Shown: piece by piece, positions 10,408 through 20,803 of the stretch
Layout of the letters: each line of letters begins with the position of its first letter
Position numbering within the stretch: the first letter of the stretch is position 1
NCBI GenBank assembly: GCA_977020255.1
Contig: CDROCS010000666.1
Span: 62,001 to 126,000, forward strand
Direction of reading: 5' to 3'
From: Obrimoposthia wandeli
Taxonomy: Eukaryota
DNA: 64,000 nt
Notes under the pieces: generated by a model
Told to the model about the DNA's origin: nothing
Databases searched by the model: none
What the model saw: only the letters and a program-made list of their open reading frames with translations
Position numbers and translations under genes: made by a program

Positions 10408-11637
10408 TCAAAAGCTCCACTTAACTTGTAAATTAACCAAGGTATTAGGTGTATCGCCGAATAGGCTATTATTACTGCCATCAAAACGCTGTAATACGGT
10501 CAATACTTGCCAATCATCCGATAAAGAATAGCTGTTACTCGCCCCAATAAAATATGAGCCATCAAAATAATAAGTGCTTGATAACGTTAATCTACTTAAC
10601 GGTGTTATATCAAATCCGATATCGGCATACCACGTATACTCTGTAAAACTCAGCGTACGTGCTGTAAGCGGCAAGTTTAAGAACAGCAGTGCGTTACTTG
10701 GATCTTGGGGATTAGAGATAAACAATAACGAAGCGCGTGTCATCCAATTTCGTTGCCCACCAAAGCTATAATCTGTTTCAATGGTGGCAACCGTTGACGA
10801 TTCTAATCGCTCCCCCATCCACTCATTACGATCAGGCTCAAACCAACTAATTTCACCACGTAAACCAGCACCTTGAACATCACCGGCAAACCCAGCCCCA
10901 ATAACATGATCTAGCCCAGACTTCCCCACCAGCAACTGCATATCCCAACCTTGCTGGTTAAACAGATACCGACCCGCGTAGCTATCCAGCTCACTGTTTT
11001 GACTTGGGTTATACACCAGATCAAACGTACTGGCGAAACCCAGTTTTCGGCTTATCATTATGGCATCGGAGCCCGAGCGTTCTTCGTAATCAAAATCGTA
11101 AATAGAGTACGAATTAAAAATGTCGTTAGGATTCCACAACGTTGCCATTGCCCAGTTAATACGAAACCGCCCTGCACGAACTTGCCAATCATTTTCCTGC
11201 CAATCGAGATACAAGCGATCGAGCTGACTATTGCCTACAACGCCATTCTCATCTACCCAGTTTTTAGATAAATCCATATAACCGGGATCAAAGCCTACCA
11301 GATCGCCATACCCTGCTATTTCAGCTGTATCACCAAAGAGTAATCGATTTCTCATTCCGACATTAACGCGCAGATGATGATTAAATCGGTATTCAAAATT
11401 AAAGCGCTGATGGATCAGGTTATCTAGGCTGTTCCCTCGCTTCTCAATATCCGTTGCATTCGCGCTTTTACTATCAGGAAACGTTCCTGTTGCCATATAT
11501 TTCACGTAACCCGTTAAATCCCAATTTTTATCGGGCTCTAATCCGGGTATTTGAGCCAATACTGCTGAACTACACGCACACGAGATAACCGCGGCTAACA
11601 TCGTTTTTAACATGGTCTGTGATAGCTGATGTTTCAC
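10408..11637 (-). CDS. Putative outer-membrane beta-barrel, last gene of ABC operon
   Basis: Signal peptide, LDRLYLDW..RAGRFRINW motif, C-terminal QVKWSF beta-signal; overlaps the ATPase gene. Confidence 0.7.
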   Translation of the reverse strand: MKHQLSQTMLKTMLAAVISCACSSAVLAQIPGLEPDKNWDLTGYVKYMATGTFPDSKSANATDIEKRGNSLDNLIHQRFNFEYRFNHHLRVNVGMRNRLLFGDTAEIAGYGDLVGFDPGYMDLSKNWVDENGVVGNSQLDRLYLDWQENDWQVRAGRFRINWAMATLWNPNDIFNSYSIYDFDYEERSGSDAIMISRKLGFASTFDLVYNPSQNSELDSYAGRYLFNQQGWDMQLLVGKSGLDHVIGAGFAGDVQGAGLRGEISWFEPDRNEWMGERLESSTVATIETDYSFGGQRNWMTRASLLFISNPQDPSNALLFLNLPLTARTLSFTEYTWYADIGFDITPLSRLTLSSTYYFDGSYFIGASNSYSLSDDWQVLTVLQRFDGSNNSLFGDTPNTLVNLQVKWSF

Positions 11638-12317
11638 TGACGACGATCCTCTTTCAACTGACCGTCTTCAAACACAATCACTCTGCGTGCACGTTTAATA
11701 ACTCGAGGATCGTGAGTCGAAAAAATAAACGTCGTGCCTTCTTGTTGATTTAATTGTTGCATAATATCCAGCAATTCTGCGGTACTTTTAGCATCTAGGT
11801 TTGCGGTGGGTTCATCCGCCATTACAAATCTTGGCCGTGGTGCTAATGCGCGAGCCACTGCAACACGCTGTTGCTGACCACCCGATAGCTTATTCGGTCT
11901 TTTATGCAGTTGTTCAGCGAGCCCTACTTGTTTTAATAAGTCACTCGCACGCTGGCGACATTCCGCTTCTTTATGGCCTTGTAACTGCATAACAAATTCT
12001 ACGTTTTCTAATGCCGTTAATACGGGTAATAAACTGTAATCTTGAAAAATGAAACCAATATGATCGCGGCGAAAAGCAATTAAGTCTTTTTCTGATAAAT
12101 GGCAAATGTCATTACCGTCTATTTTCACTTCACCAGACGTGGGAACATCAATGCCACCAAGCATATTCAGCAGTGTCGTTTTACCCGACCCCGATGGACC
12201 CATTACCGCAACAAATTCACCTTGTTCAATGGTTAAATCGAGCGACTTAACAGCATGAACGGGAAAATCAGATTCCGGATTATATGTTTTGCACAATTGA
12301 TTAATTTGAATGCTCAT
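11634..12317 (-). CDS. ABC transporter ATP-binding protein (LolD/MacB type)
   Basis: GPSGSGKTT, LSGGQQQRVAVARAL, ADEPTANLD and FIFSTHD. Confidence 0.95.
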   Translation of the reverse strand: MSIQINQLCKTYNPESDFPVHAVKSLDLTIEQGEFVAVMGPSGSGKTTLLNMLGGIDVPTSGEVKIDGNDICHLSEKDLIAFRRDHIGFIFQDYSLLPVLTALENVEFVMQLQGHKEAECRQRASDLLKQVGLAEQLHKRPNKLSGGQQQRVAVARALAPRPRFVMADEPTANLDAKSTAELLDIMQQLNQQEGTTFIFSTHDPRVIKRARRVIVFEDGQLKEDRRQ

Positions 12318-12319
12318 AA

Positions 12320-13552
12320 TCAGTGTTTCTCCGCCATCGCATCTGCTGGGCGCTGCTTTAATATTTGATGCGCCGGATAAAGTGCCGCCAAAAAGCTTGC
12401 GGCAACCACAGTAAAAAAGATTAACTGATATTCGCCGAATGACACTCTCGGGTATATAGTCGTATCAACGCCAAACGCCCCCAAGCCTTCAGCCATTGAA
12501 TTTAATGAAATACCCGTTGTTTGTAATAACATCATTAATACAACACAAATACCCACGCCCATTAACGCACCACTCATTCCCAGTAAGCTTGTCTCAAGCA
12601 TGATCAGTAAAAACACCTTATGTTTCTGCATACCCACTGCCATCAATACACCAAACTCGCGAGTACGCTCAAACACCGACATCAGCATGATATTCACAAT
12701 ACCTAAGCCCATAGCTGATACAAAAATGCCTAGAATAATCGCGGTACTGGTGCCCGTTTGCTTGATCATCGTCGCTAACATAGGTTGAATCTGTTGCCAG
12801 TCTCGTATGGTATTCAATGCGCTGGTTTTAGCCTGTAATTGAGCTTTTACCGCTTGCGTCACAATGTTCGATGATGGCGTAGCTTCATTTACCATTATGG
12901 CTATTTCATGAACACCATCGATATGGGAAAGAGCACTTAAATCACTGCGCCTAACATACACATTACCGTCGTCAAAACTGCTCGATGGGCTCTTAAAAAT
13001 ACCACGAACACGAAATGCTGCCCCAGATACATCATTAGCCGCATCGGTAAAGGTTAAAACTACTTTTGACCCTACGCGTAAACGCAAACGCTCTGCGGTT
13101 TTACTCGATACTAATACCGGGTTTCGCCCTTGTTCTGATAACCATTCACCTTCAATAATGTGACTGACTAACGGCGTTACCTTTGCTTCTGCTTCAAGGT
13201 CAATCCCATTGATCTTTACTCCACGTGTCGAACGTGCAGAAGCCACCATACCATCAGCAATAAAACGTGCCGACCACGCGCTAACGTTTGGCATATCTCG
13301 TAATTGAGCGATGATCTGCTCTGATCCAATGATGGTGTCGTTGATCTCTGGCTCATTAATATATTCACTGCGGTGGATTTGAATATTACTGGTTTGCCAA
13401 GCGATGGCATTATCAATCATGTTGCCGTACATGCCATTCATAAAACCGATCATGCTTGCGACACCTATCAAACCAAACACCATAGCGAAAAGCATAATGC
13501 CGGTACGTAATTTATTGCGCCATAAGTTACGCCAAGCAAGTTTAATCAGCAT
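12320..13552 (-). CDS. ABC permease, LolC/E-FtsX/MacB family
   Basis: KLAWRNLWRNKLRT N-terminus, large periplasmic loop, ERTREFGVLMAVG. Confidence 0.9.
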   Translation of the reverse strand: MLIKLAWRNLWRNKLRTGIMLFAMVFGLIGVASMIGFMNGMYGNMIDNAIAWQTSNIQIHRSEYINEPEINDTIIGSEQIIAQLRDMPNVSAWSARFIADGMVASARSTRGVKINGIDLEAEAKVTPLVSHIIEGEWLSEQGRNPVLVSSKTAERLRLRVGSKVVLTFTDAANDVSGAAFRVRGIFKSPSSSFDDGNVYVRRSDLSALSHIDGVHEIAIMVNEATPSSNIVTQAVKAQLQAKTSALNTIRDWQQIQPMLATMIKQTGTSTAIILGIFVSAMGLGIVNIMLMSVFERTREFGVLMAVGMQKHKVFLLIMLETSLLGMSGALMGVGICVVLMMLLQTTGISLNSMAEGLGAFGVDTTIYPRVSFGEYQLIFFTVVAASFLAALYPAHQILKQRPADAMAEKH

Positions 13553-14771
13553 GGGCGCCTCCTTTTAATGCGCTCACAAGATCAAGACGGTAAATACGCC
13601 ACATTGGGTAGATCAAACATAAAATAAGTAACCCTAACACCAGCATTATTTGTTCTTTAAAAAGCCAAGGTGCTATCAATACTTTTAGAACGGGTTCCCA
13701 GCCTAACTCAAGCACTGCCTGGGCGAGTTCTCCGGTTAATTCATAAGGGTTGTAATAAAACCACAGCAAAACAGGCAAGGTTAATATCACCCCTAACACC
13801 ACACCTAATACACCAATGAATGCCGATTCGATGCCAATAAGCATTAATAGTTTTCTACGTAATAATCCGGTGGCTAACATGACACCGAATTCACGCTGAC
13901 GTTCTAATGTCATCATCAAAATCGTGGCAAACAACCCAAAACCAACAATGCCATAAAGCAGGTACATCATGAAAATGCCGCCGACCTTATCCATCATAAT
14001 TTGCTGTGCCATCTCGGGTGATAAGTCTTGCCAGTCACGCACTACGGCACGGGCAGTATAAGTGCGCGATAACGCATAGACCGTTTGTTCAAGGTTGACT
14101 AAATCATCGGTATGCAGCACCCAAGCGGTAACTTGATTGCCTGTGCTATATAAGGTTTGTGCTTGCGCTAATGGTAAATAAACCAACTGCTGATCAAGTG
14201 CGGGAATAGGAAACTTCACAATGCCTTTAATCGGATACAAACCCGCAGCGGTCTGCCCACGATAGCCTTGCCCGTATAAAATGATGTCATCACCCACACT
14301 TAACCCTAACGATTTGGCTAAGCCTTCTCCGACTAATACCTGCGAATCCGCGCTACTTAAATACTCACCAGCAACGAGCCTTTGCGAAATGTGTGAATAT
14401 TGATTTTCAAGCTCAGGTGATATGCCTAACACCATAACGCCTTTCGATTTCTCTGCCGCCGCAGCAAGGGCAAAAGATTCAATACGCTGCAATAAATGCG
14501 TTATATGTGGGTTATTACGAACAGGTTCGATAAAAGCATCACTGGCAGGTAATAAATCATCAATACTTTGGCTTTCTTTAAATTCAGGGTGCTGTAGTTG
14601 AATTAATCCAGTAAAGAAGCGGGCACTATTATCAATATTGCTGGCATATCCACCCTCTTGCAGGCTACGCATAAACAAGGATAATAATAACGCCAGAGCT
14701 AAGGCGGATGCTGTTAGCACTGTTCGCCGTTTTTGACGCCACAAGTTTCGCCACGCTAATTTTACTAACAT
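13542..14771 (-). CDS. ABC permease, LolC/E-FtsX/MacB family
   Basis: KLAWRNLWRQKRRT and ERQREFGVMLATG; paralog of the adjacent permease. Confidence 0.9.
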   Translation of the reverse strand: MLVKLAWRNLWRQKRRTVLTASALALALLLSLFMRSLQEGGYASNIDNSARFFTGLIQLQHPEFKESQSIDDLLPASDAFIEPVRNNPHITHLLQRIESFALAAAAEKSKGVMVLGISPELENQYSHISQRLVAGEYLSSADSQVLVGEGLAKSLGLSVGDDIILYGQGYRGQTAAGLYPIKGIVKFPIPALDQQLVYLPLAQAQTLYSTGNQVTAWVLHTDDLVNLEQTVYALSRTYTARAVVRDWQDLSPEMAQQIMMDKVGGIFMMYLLYGIVGFGLFATILMMTLERQREFGVMLATGLLRRKLLMLIGIESAFIGVLGVVLGVILTLPVLLWFYYNPYELTGELAQAVLELGWEPVLKVLIAPWLFKEQIMLVLGLLILCLIYPMWRIYRLDLVSALKGGAHAD

Positions 14772-14822
14772 ACATGCTCCGCCAGTGTCAGAATGTTTTA
14801 AGCAAATTTTGTCATGTTTTAA

Positions 14823-15575
14823 TTAGTCTCGTAATTCCTTCATCTGACTTTGAGAGAAGAAGCTACCTTTGATTGCAAAATTAAATTGCGCTTGATGGGT
14901 GATCATCTCAGTTTTATTCCCTGGTTTCTCTGCGGGCACCATTTCCATTCTGGTGGCAATTTTACGTCCGCCTAGTTGCTTAATATCGTATGTTTTCATC
15001 GTATTAACCAACTCATCAAATTCATCATAGAATTCTACTTTTCGCTGTAAATACGTGTCTTTCGATATCCACAAGCGTACTTTACTCCACACCACGGGCG
15101 CATCAGGCTTTGCGATAGCATCAATCACATAGGTATTATCATTATCAAACACTTCTGTACCGTGTATTGCGTGGGTGTAATCCACTACGATAGACGACTG
15201 GTTAATAAGATCATCATTGGTAAAATCTGACCCCATCCAAGATTGCCCAAGCATGGATGGCGCTATCTTGATCACACGTTCAATACTGGGTATCCAATTC
15301 CACATTTCGCGTTGACGCTTAAGTGATGCACTGCCTTTATCTTTGGCTGGTGCAGTCACTAACACTAACGATAATTCTTTCCCTTTCGTCCAACTTTTCA
15401 TGCTCATTGAGCGCGTCCAATCAGGGCGAATAATATTCATTGTTAGTTCGCTGTAACTCGAATCTCCGCGCATTTGAAGATCTGATTTTGTCACAATGTC
15501 TGTGGCGGTTTGGGCATGTAACCCCATTGAAAATACACTCACCAGACTCAGTAAAATAATCGGTAACGTTTGCAT
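14823..15575 (-). CDS. LolA-like periplasmic protein (outer-membrane lipoprotein-sorting protein family)
   Basis: Signal peptide; QSWMGSDFTNDDL motif typical of this LolA-fold family; first gene of the operon. Confidence 0.8.
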   Translation of the reverse strand: MQTLPIILLSLVSVFSMGLHAQTATDIVTKSDLQMRGDSSYSELTMNIIRPDWTRSMSMKSWTKGKELSLVLVTAPAKDKGSASLKRQREMWNWIPSIERVIKIAPSMLGQSWMGSDFTNDDLINQSSIVVDYTHAIHGTEVFDNDNTYVIDAIAKPDAPVVWSKVRLWISKDTYLQRKVEFYDEFDELVNTMKTYDIKQLGGRKIATRMEMVPAEKPGNKTEMITHQAQFNFAIKGSFFSQSQMKELRD

Positions 15576-15688
15576 GCTTCCTCACTTTTAAGTCCGTTTA
15601 ACGAAACCAAGCATTCAATGCTGTTTGATCAATAAGCGGCAACGAACTTTGAGGCCCCCCTTGGCATAGAACAAGTTTTGCACCGTCA

Positions 15689-15702
15689 TAATGAATTCAT
15701 TA
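15689..15702. promoter_or_regulatory. Perfect 14-bp palindrome, candidate operator for the Lol-like operon
   Basis: TAATGAATTCATTA, about 115 bp upstream of the 15575 start. Confidence 0.35.
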
Positions 15703-15888
15703 CGTCGGTATGATTAAATTAGTCCGAAGTTTAGAAGCTAACAATATCAATACATTATTTCTGTGACCAACGTTCTTGTTAGCCATGTCATCGTCTTAAA
15801 CATAAAAAAAACACAAAAAAAACAGCTACCGAAGTAACTGCTTTATGTATGCTAAAAATAATGTAAAACAGGTTATAACAACCTGCCT

Positions 15889-16668
15889 TTATTCACCGTA
15901 AATATCAAAACTAAAGTACCCAGCGGCAATCTTGTCGTAAGTGCCATTCTCACGAATCGTTTTAATCGCTTGGTTAAATTTATCGGCTAACTTTTTATCT
16001 TGTAGGCGCAATGCTAGCGCTGTACCTTCACCAATGTAGGCTTTATCTGTTACTGGCTCGCCTGCTAATGCAAAGTCTTTACCGCGTTCTTTCTCTAAAA
16101 ATGCTAAAACGAGTTGATCAGAATTACCGAATACGGCATCAAGACGCCCACTTACAAGATCGAGATACACTTCATCTTGACCAGTATAACGACGAATTTT
16201 AGCGACATCGCCATAGATATCGGTTACATAACGATCGTGAATTGTACCCAGTTGAACACCAATCGTTTTACCGTCTAATCCCGCTGTATCTATTGTAATA
16301 CCTGAATCTTTACCCGTTACAAAACGTGCTGGTGTTTGGTAATACTTGTCTGTAAATAAAACACGCTTTTTACGATCTTCCGTAATACGCATTGATGCCA
16401 TAATCGCATCAGCTTTACGTGATAATAATGCTGGAATGAGTCCATCCCAATTTTGTGAAACCCACTCACATTTAAGCTTCGCTTCTGCGCAGAGTGCGTC
16501 TGCAATTTCAATATCAAATCCCTTTGGAGTGCCTGATGCATCTTTATAATTAAATGGCGGGTAAGTAAAATCTGACGCTAGACGAATCACTTTTTCATCA
16601 GCGGCTTGTGCAGTAGTAAATAATGCTGACGCCAAAATAATTCCGACACTCATTAGTTTTTTCATCAT
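15889..16668 (-). CDS. Polar amino-acid ABC substrate-binding protein (family 3, LAO/His-like)
   Basis: YPPFNYKD, GFDIEIA, WDGLIPALL and GVQLGT; signal peptide. Confidence 0.9.
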   Translation of the reverse strand: MMKKLMSVGIILASALFTTAQAADEKVIRLASDFTYPPFNYKDASGTPKGFDIEIADALCAEAKLKCEWVSQNWDGLIPALLSRKADAIMASMRITEDRKKRVLFTDKYYQTPARFVTGKDSGITIDTAGLDGKTIGVQLGTIHDRYVTDIYGDVAKIRRYTGQDEVYLDLVSGRLDAVFGNSDQLVLAFLEKERGKDFALAGEPVTDKAYIGEGTALALRLQDKKLADKFNQAIKTIRENGTYDKIAAGYFSFDIYGE

Positions 16669-16681
16669 AAGATCCCTCTTC

Positions 16682-17770
16682 CTATTGATATTGTTGTAAC
16701 GCATTTAAGGTTTCAAGCATACTGTTTTTTGAACCAATGGAAATTCTGACACAGTGTTCAAGCGACGGTTCATGCGCTTGGTTACGGGTCACAATGCCTT
16801 TTTCTAATAAATAATCATAAATACTGCTTGATGTATTAAAGTGAATAAGCACGAAATTGGTTGCCGACGTATAAACCACATCCACAATTGGTAACGCCTC
16901 CAATTCACAAATAAACCATTCACGGGTTGTTATAAGTTCATCTGTTTGGCTACGCATACTTTTCAAACCTTCAGGCGCAAGGGCTTTCAAGGCAATTTCA
17001 GCAGTTGGATCAGCAATCGGATAAGGGGCAATTAAACGCGCAACGTAAGACATGACACTTTCATCTGCCATTAAGAAGCCGCAACGAATCGATGCTAATC
17101 CAAATGCTTTTGATAAGGTACGAATAACAATCAGATGCGGGTATTGAACCATCAGATGCAACACGCTCGTTTCTGGTGCGAACTCAATATAGGCTTCATC
17201 AACCACAACCAAAGTTGACGCCTTGCTGGCTTCAAGCAATTCCACAATATCGTGATGATGAATAGTATTACTTGTCGGATTATTCGGTGAACATAAGAAA
17301 AGTAAGCTGGTGTCAGCCAGTTGAGGTTTAATTGCCGCAACATCGAGTTGGAAATTATCTAATAGCGGCACAGCTAGCGTATTAACCGAAAAAGCATCGG
17401 CACAAAATTCATACATACCATAGGTCGGTGGGCAAACCATAATTTGGTCGTTACCTGGCTGGCAAAATGTGCGGATCAATAAATCAATGGCTTCATCAGC
17501 ACCCCGTACAGCCACGGTCTCGCAGCCCAATGCACCCGATGCTTGCTCACAATACGTTTGATACTCTGCAGCAATATCATGAGGTAAAAAATCAGGGTAA
17601 CGGTTATATACATCGTTACGTCCTTTTGACTCGTCACCATACTGGCAACTGCTTTCTAGTTCATTCGCATTCAACCATAGATGACCATTACCTCCAATGC
17701 GTCGTGCCGACTGGTATGGTATGAGTTTTTCTACTGTCTTTGGTACTAACTTTGACGCTAATGATTTCAT
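16682..17770 (-). CDS. hisC: Histidinol-phosphate aminotransferase-like (HisC paralog)
   Basis: LNANE, CSPNNPT, VVDEAYIEF and RTLSKAFGLA (PLP lysine); ATG at 17770. Confidence 0.85.
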   Translation of the reverse strand: MKSLASKLVPKTVEKLIPYQSARRIGGNGHLWLNANELESSCQYGDESKGRNDVYNRYPDFLPHDIAAEYQTYCEQASGALGCETVAVRGADEAIDLLIRTFCQPGNDQIMVCPPTYGMYEFCADAFSVNTLAVPLLDNFQLDVAAIKPQLADTSLLFLCSPNNPTSNTIHHHDIVELLEASKASTLVVVDEAYIEFAPETSVLHLMVQYPHLIVIRTLSKAFGLASIRCGFLMADESVMSYVARLIAPYPIADPTAEIALKALAPEGLKSMRSQTDELITTREWFICELEALPIVDVVYTSATNFVLIHFNTSSSIYDYLLEKGIVTRNQAHEPSLEHCVRISIGSKNSMLETLNALQQYQ

Positions 17771-17970
17771 TCCCTTTGCTCCCACACGAATAAACAGGCT
17801 AAAATATGGTCTCAATTCGGATTAACATGCAAATAGATAGCATAAGTAATCTCTGAGTGTCTTTATATTTAGATTAAAGCAGACCTAGCTTGAAATCAGA
17901 ATCGAATTGTCGGCATACTAGCCATGATAAAATCGCATACCTTAAGTATCAGTAGCGACAGGGAATAAGT

Positions 17971-18837
17971 ATGATAAATCGACTACCATCAACAAAAGAG
18001 CTTCAGGCATTTTTGATCACAGCCCAACATCTAAACTTTACTGCTGCAGCACAGGTTTTGAATGTGACACAAGGCGCCGTAAGTCGTCAGGTTATTTCAT
18101 TAGAAGAACAACTGAAAGTACGGCTATTTCACCGCCATGCACGAGGGTTAACCTTAACCAATAAAGGTTCTGAGTTTCTTCCTCTTGTTGAACAAGCAAT
18201 GAATCAAATTCATCGCGCCGTTGATCAAGTATCGAATGATAAACAATTAGTCAAACTGAAAGCCCCAAGCTGTATTACACCTTGGTTGCTGCCTAAACTG
18301 ATGACCTTTCAACAAGCCTACCCCGATATCGATGTAGAGCTAACATCTGCCATAAAACATAACGTCAACTTTTCAACCGAACCTTTTGATGCAGCGATCT
18401 GTTACGGGCAAGCACCACAAGAGAAATCCCTGCTCGCTAATTTATTGTTTGAAGAATATTTAACACCAGTATGTTCTGCTTCTGTATTACCGTTAGATAA
18501 AGCAACATTAAATACCGATGAAATGAAAGGTTTTACGTGGTTGCATGCCAATCCACAGAAAAGTGACTGGGCGTTATGGTTAAAGCAAGCTAACAGTTCA
18601 TACTTAACTGCGGATCAAAACCAGCATTTTGCAACACTAGATTTATCGGTGAGTGCAGCAATACAGGGTTTCGGTATCGCCATTGGAGATACTACATTGG
18701 CTAAGCTTGATTTAGAATCAGGTCGGTTAGTGGCTCCGCATACGTTAACAGTCGCTTCCGGTAACAGTTATTACCTTGTGCACCCAAAAACGATGCAAAA
18801 CCCTTCTTTAGAATTACTGATTGAGTGGCTGGTCTAG
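17971..18837 (+). CDS. LysR-family regulator (GcvA-like)
   Basis: HLNFTAAAQVLNVTQGAVSRQV HTH; divergent from hisC. Confidence 0.95.
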   Translation: MINRLPSTKELQAFLITAQHLNFTAAAQVLNVTQGAVSRQVISLEEQLKVRLFHRHARGLTLTNKGSEFLPLVEQAMNQIHRAVDQVSNDKQLVKLKAPSCITPWLLPKLMTFQQAYPDIDVELTSAIKHNVNFSTEPFDAAICYGQAPQEKSLLANLLFEEYLTPVCSASVLPLDKATLNTDEMKGFTWLHANPQKSDWALWLKQANSSYLTADQNQHFATLDLSVSAAIQGFGIAIGDTTLAKLDLESGRLVAPHTLTVASGNSYYLVHPKTMQNPSLELLIEWLV

Positions 18838-19243
18838 ATTTATTGGTGCTTATCCCGATATTGAAGTACGCACAGAACAATTATATGGCATCGATAAAAA
18901 ACGCATAAGCTGCTCTGGTGGCAGCGCTGCTATTGATTTAGCCGTTGAGCTGTTAACACGCCATTGTGGTCGTACGCGTGCTATGAAGGGATTAGCCGAT
19001 ATGATTATCGATAAGCCTCGTGGCCAATTGCATCGCTTGTTTAAAGATTACTTCTCGAAATCAGCACATGAATACTGGCACGAAATGAGACTGCAGCATC
19101 TACATTGGCAATTAGTGAATTCTAACCATAGTTTGACTATTTTAGCGGAAGAAATAGGCATTCAAGATGCTAGCTACCTCAGTAAGGTATTTCGTAAGCG
19201 CTTCGGGCAAAGCCCTGCAACATTACGTCACTCGAATAAATAG
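18821..19243 (+). pseudogene. GlxA/FtrA-type AraC regulator remnant (5'-truncated, internal deletion)
   Basis: DJ-1-like tail (SCSGGSAAIDL) fused directly to the second half of an AraC HTH (QLHRLF..SYLSKVFRKRFGQSP); no proper start. Confidence 0.75.
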
Positions 19244-19250
19244 ACCGTAC

Positions 19251-19680
19251 TTAATCTTTCGAAATAAGCCAACCAATCACAATACAACCCAACATCCAGC
19301 TAGAGCCAAATAAAAAAGCATGATTTACATTGTCAGGAATTAGCAGGCAGGCAAGAATTCCAATGATCATAACAATAGCAAATATTATCTGCCAAAAAAT
19401 GTCATATCTATAAGTACCAACGGCTTTAGCTTTCGAATTGTTTTTCATTTGTGAAACATCACAATTTTGCCATATGATAATTAGAGCATAAACGCCCATC
19501 GCCAGCAATTACAAAAAAGTAACATAATGTAAGATTGTGATTCACCAATAAATACAAAATAATCAATACTCTATATGAATAATAAAACACCCTATTCAGT
19601 TGATGTTAATATTATATGTAAGAACAAATCAACCGGAAGCACAAAGCTTTAACATTTTATTCACGTAATCATCTGCACTT
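19251..19680 (-). pseudogene. Degraded membrane transporter (possible amino-acid permease C-terminus)
   Basis: Hydrophobic TM-like segments in 19251-19508; upstream reading broken by stops and frameshifts. Confidence 0.3.
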
Positions 19681-19996
19681 CCTTGCATCTTATTTGTTAT
19701 TGGTATTGAGAAAAATACTTTATTACCTATTTACTATTTTATTACTGATGATAATCACTGTATCATCTCCGGCTCGCTAAGGATTGCACTCGCTTATGAA
19801 AGCATTTTCAGGAAAAGAGCATAATCGATTTTCAACGGCATATTCTCAAATATCGAACCTATTAAAAAACTCTCACAGAGTAAATATATGCGGGTAGTCG
19901 TATTACATCCAGTTAAATAAGTAACTGTTAAATAAGCAGTTACTTCATTGTTATCAAGCGTATGCATTCAAAGACATGGCTTGAAAGTAAGGTAGC

Positions 19997-20551
19997 ATGA
20001 ATATTAAATTTACACATATTTTAACCACACTGGTTGTCGTTTTTTCTACAGCACCTCAAGCTTCAACCATTAAGTTTGGTAACTGGCTTTATTCCGACAC
20101 ATACAAGACATTTATTTCGCAAGAAGTGACTCATGAACTGCCTAAGCAAGCTGAGATCTATCAAATCGCGAAATCTAAAGAGCTTAATGTTGGCTTTATC
20201 GTTCAAAGCCAAGCATGTCATGGAAAAGTCGGTGAATACGATTCAGCTGGCGCATATTTAATCAATAAGAAACGTATAAATTTGGCGTATCAATGTATAA
20301 GTAACAACACTGTACGTTTATTCCCGGTTATTAAGCGTGAACGACAATTTGTGATTAATGAATTCAAAACACAATCGCTCGTTTGTATCAGCCCGACAAA
20401 AGAATTGAAAAACGATCCTAACAGTATTTCATTATGTGTTTCTGGCGCGGGATTTAGTGATGCCTATCATGCACTTTCAATCGGTGAAGATTACACAGCA
20501 AAACAACAATTATCATCGACGACCCGCAAGAGCAAGCATACCGTGCAGTAA
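19997..20551 (+). CDS. Secreted hypothetical protein
   Basis: Signal peptide (MNIKFTHILTTLVVVFSTAPQA); four Cys. Confidence 0.65.
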   Translation: MNIKFTHILTTLVVVFSTAPQASTIKFGNWLYSDTYKTFISQEVTHELPKQAEIYQIAKSKELNVGFIVQSQACHGKVGEYDSAGAYLINKKRINLAYQCISNNTVRLFPVIKRERQFVINEFKTQSLVCISPTKELKNDPNSISLCVSGAGFSDAYHALSIGEDYTAKQQLSSTTRKSKHTVQ

Positions 20552-20803
20552 CAAGAGTCTTCAGCTACTCATTAAATGGGGAATGTAAACATACCTTTAT
20601 ATTCCCTACCTTATGAAAGCAAAATATTACTTATTAATTTCAATTTATGGCTCACTGTAATAATGTTATTGCTATAAAATTTTAGTTGTACTGATTGTGA
20701 TAACAATCACAGGAACACACCGCAATATCGTTACTATAAGGCACATCATTTATTGACACTTTTGTTTTAATAATTAGTCTGTAAAAAGCTAGGTAACGAT
20801 TAC

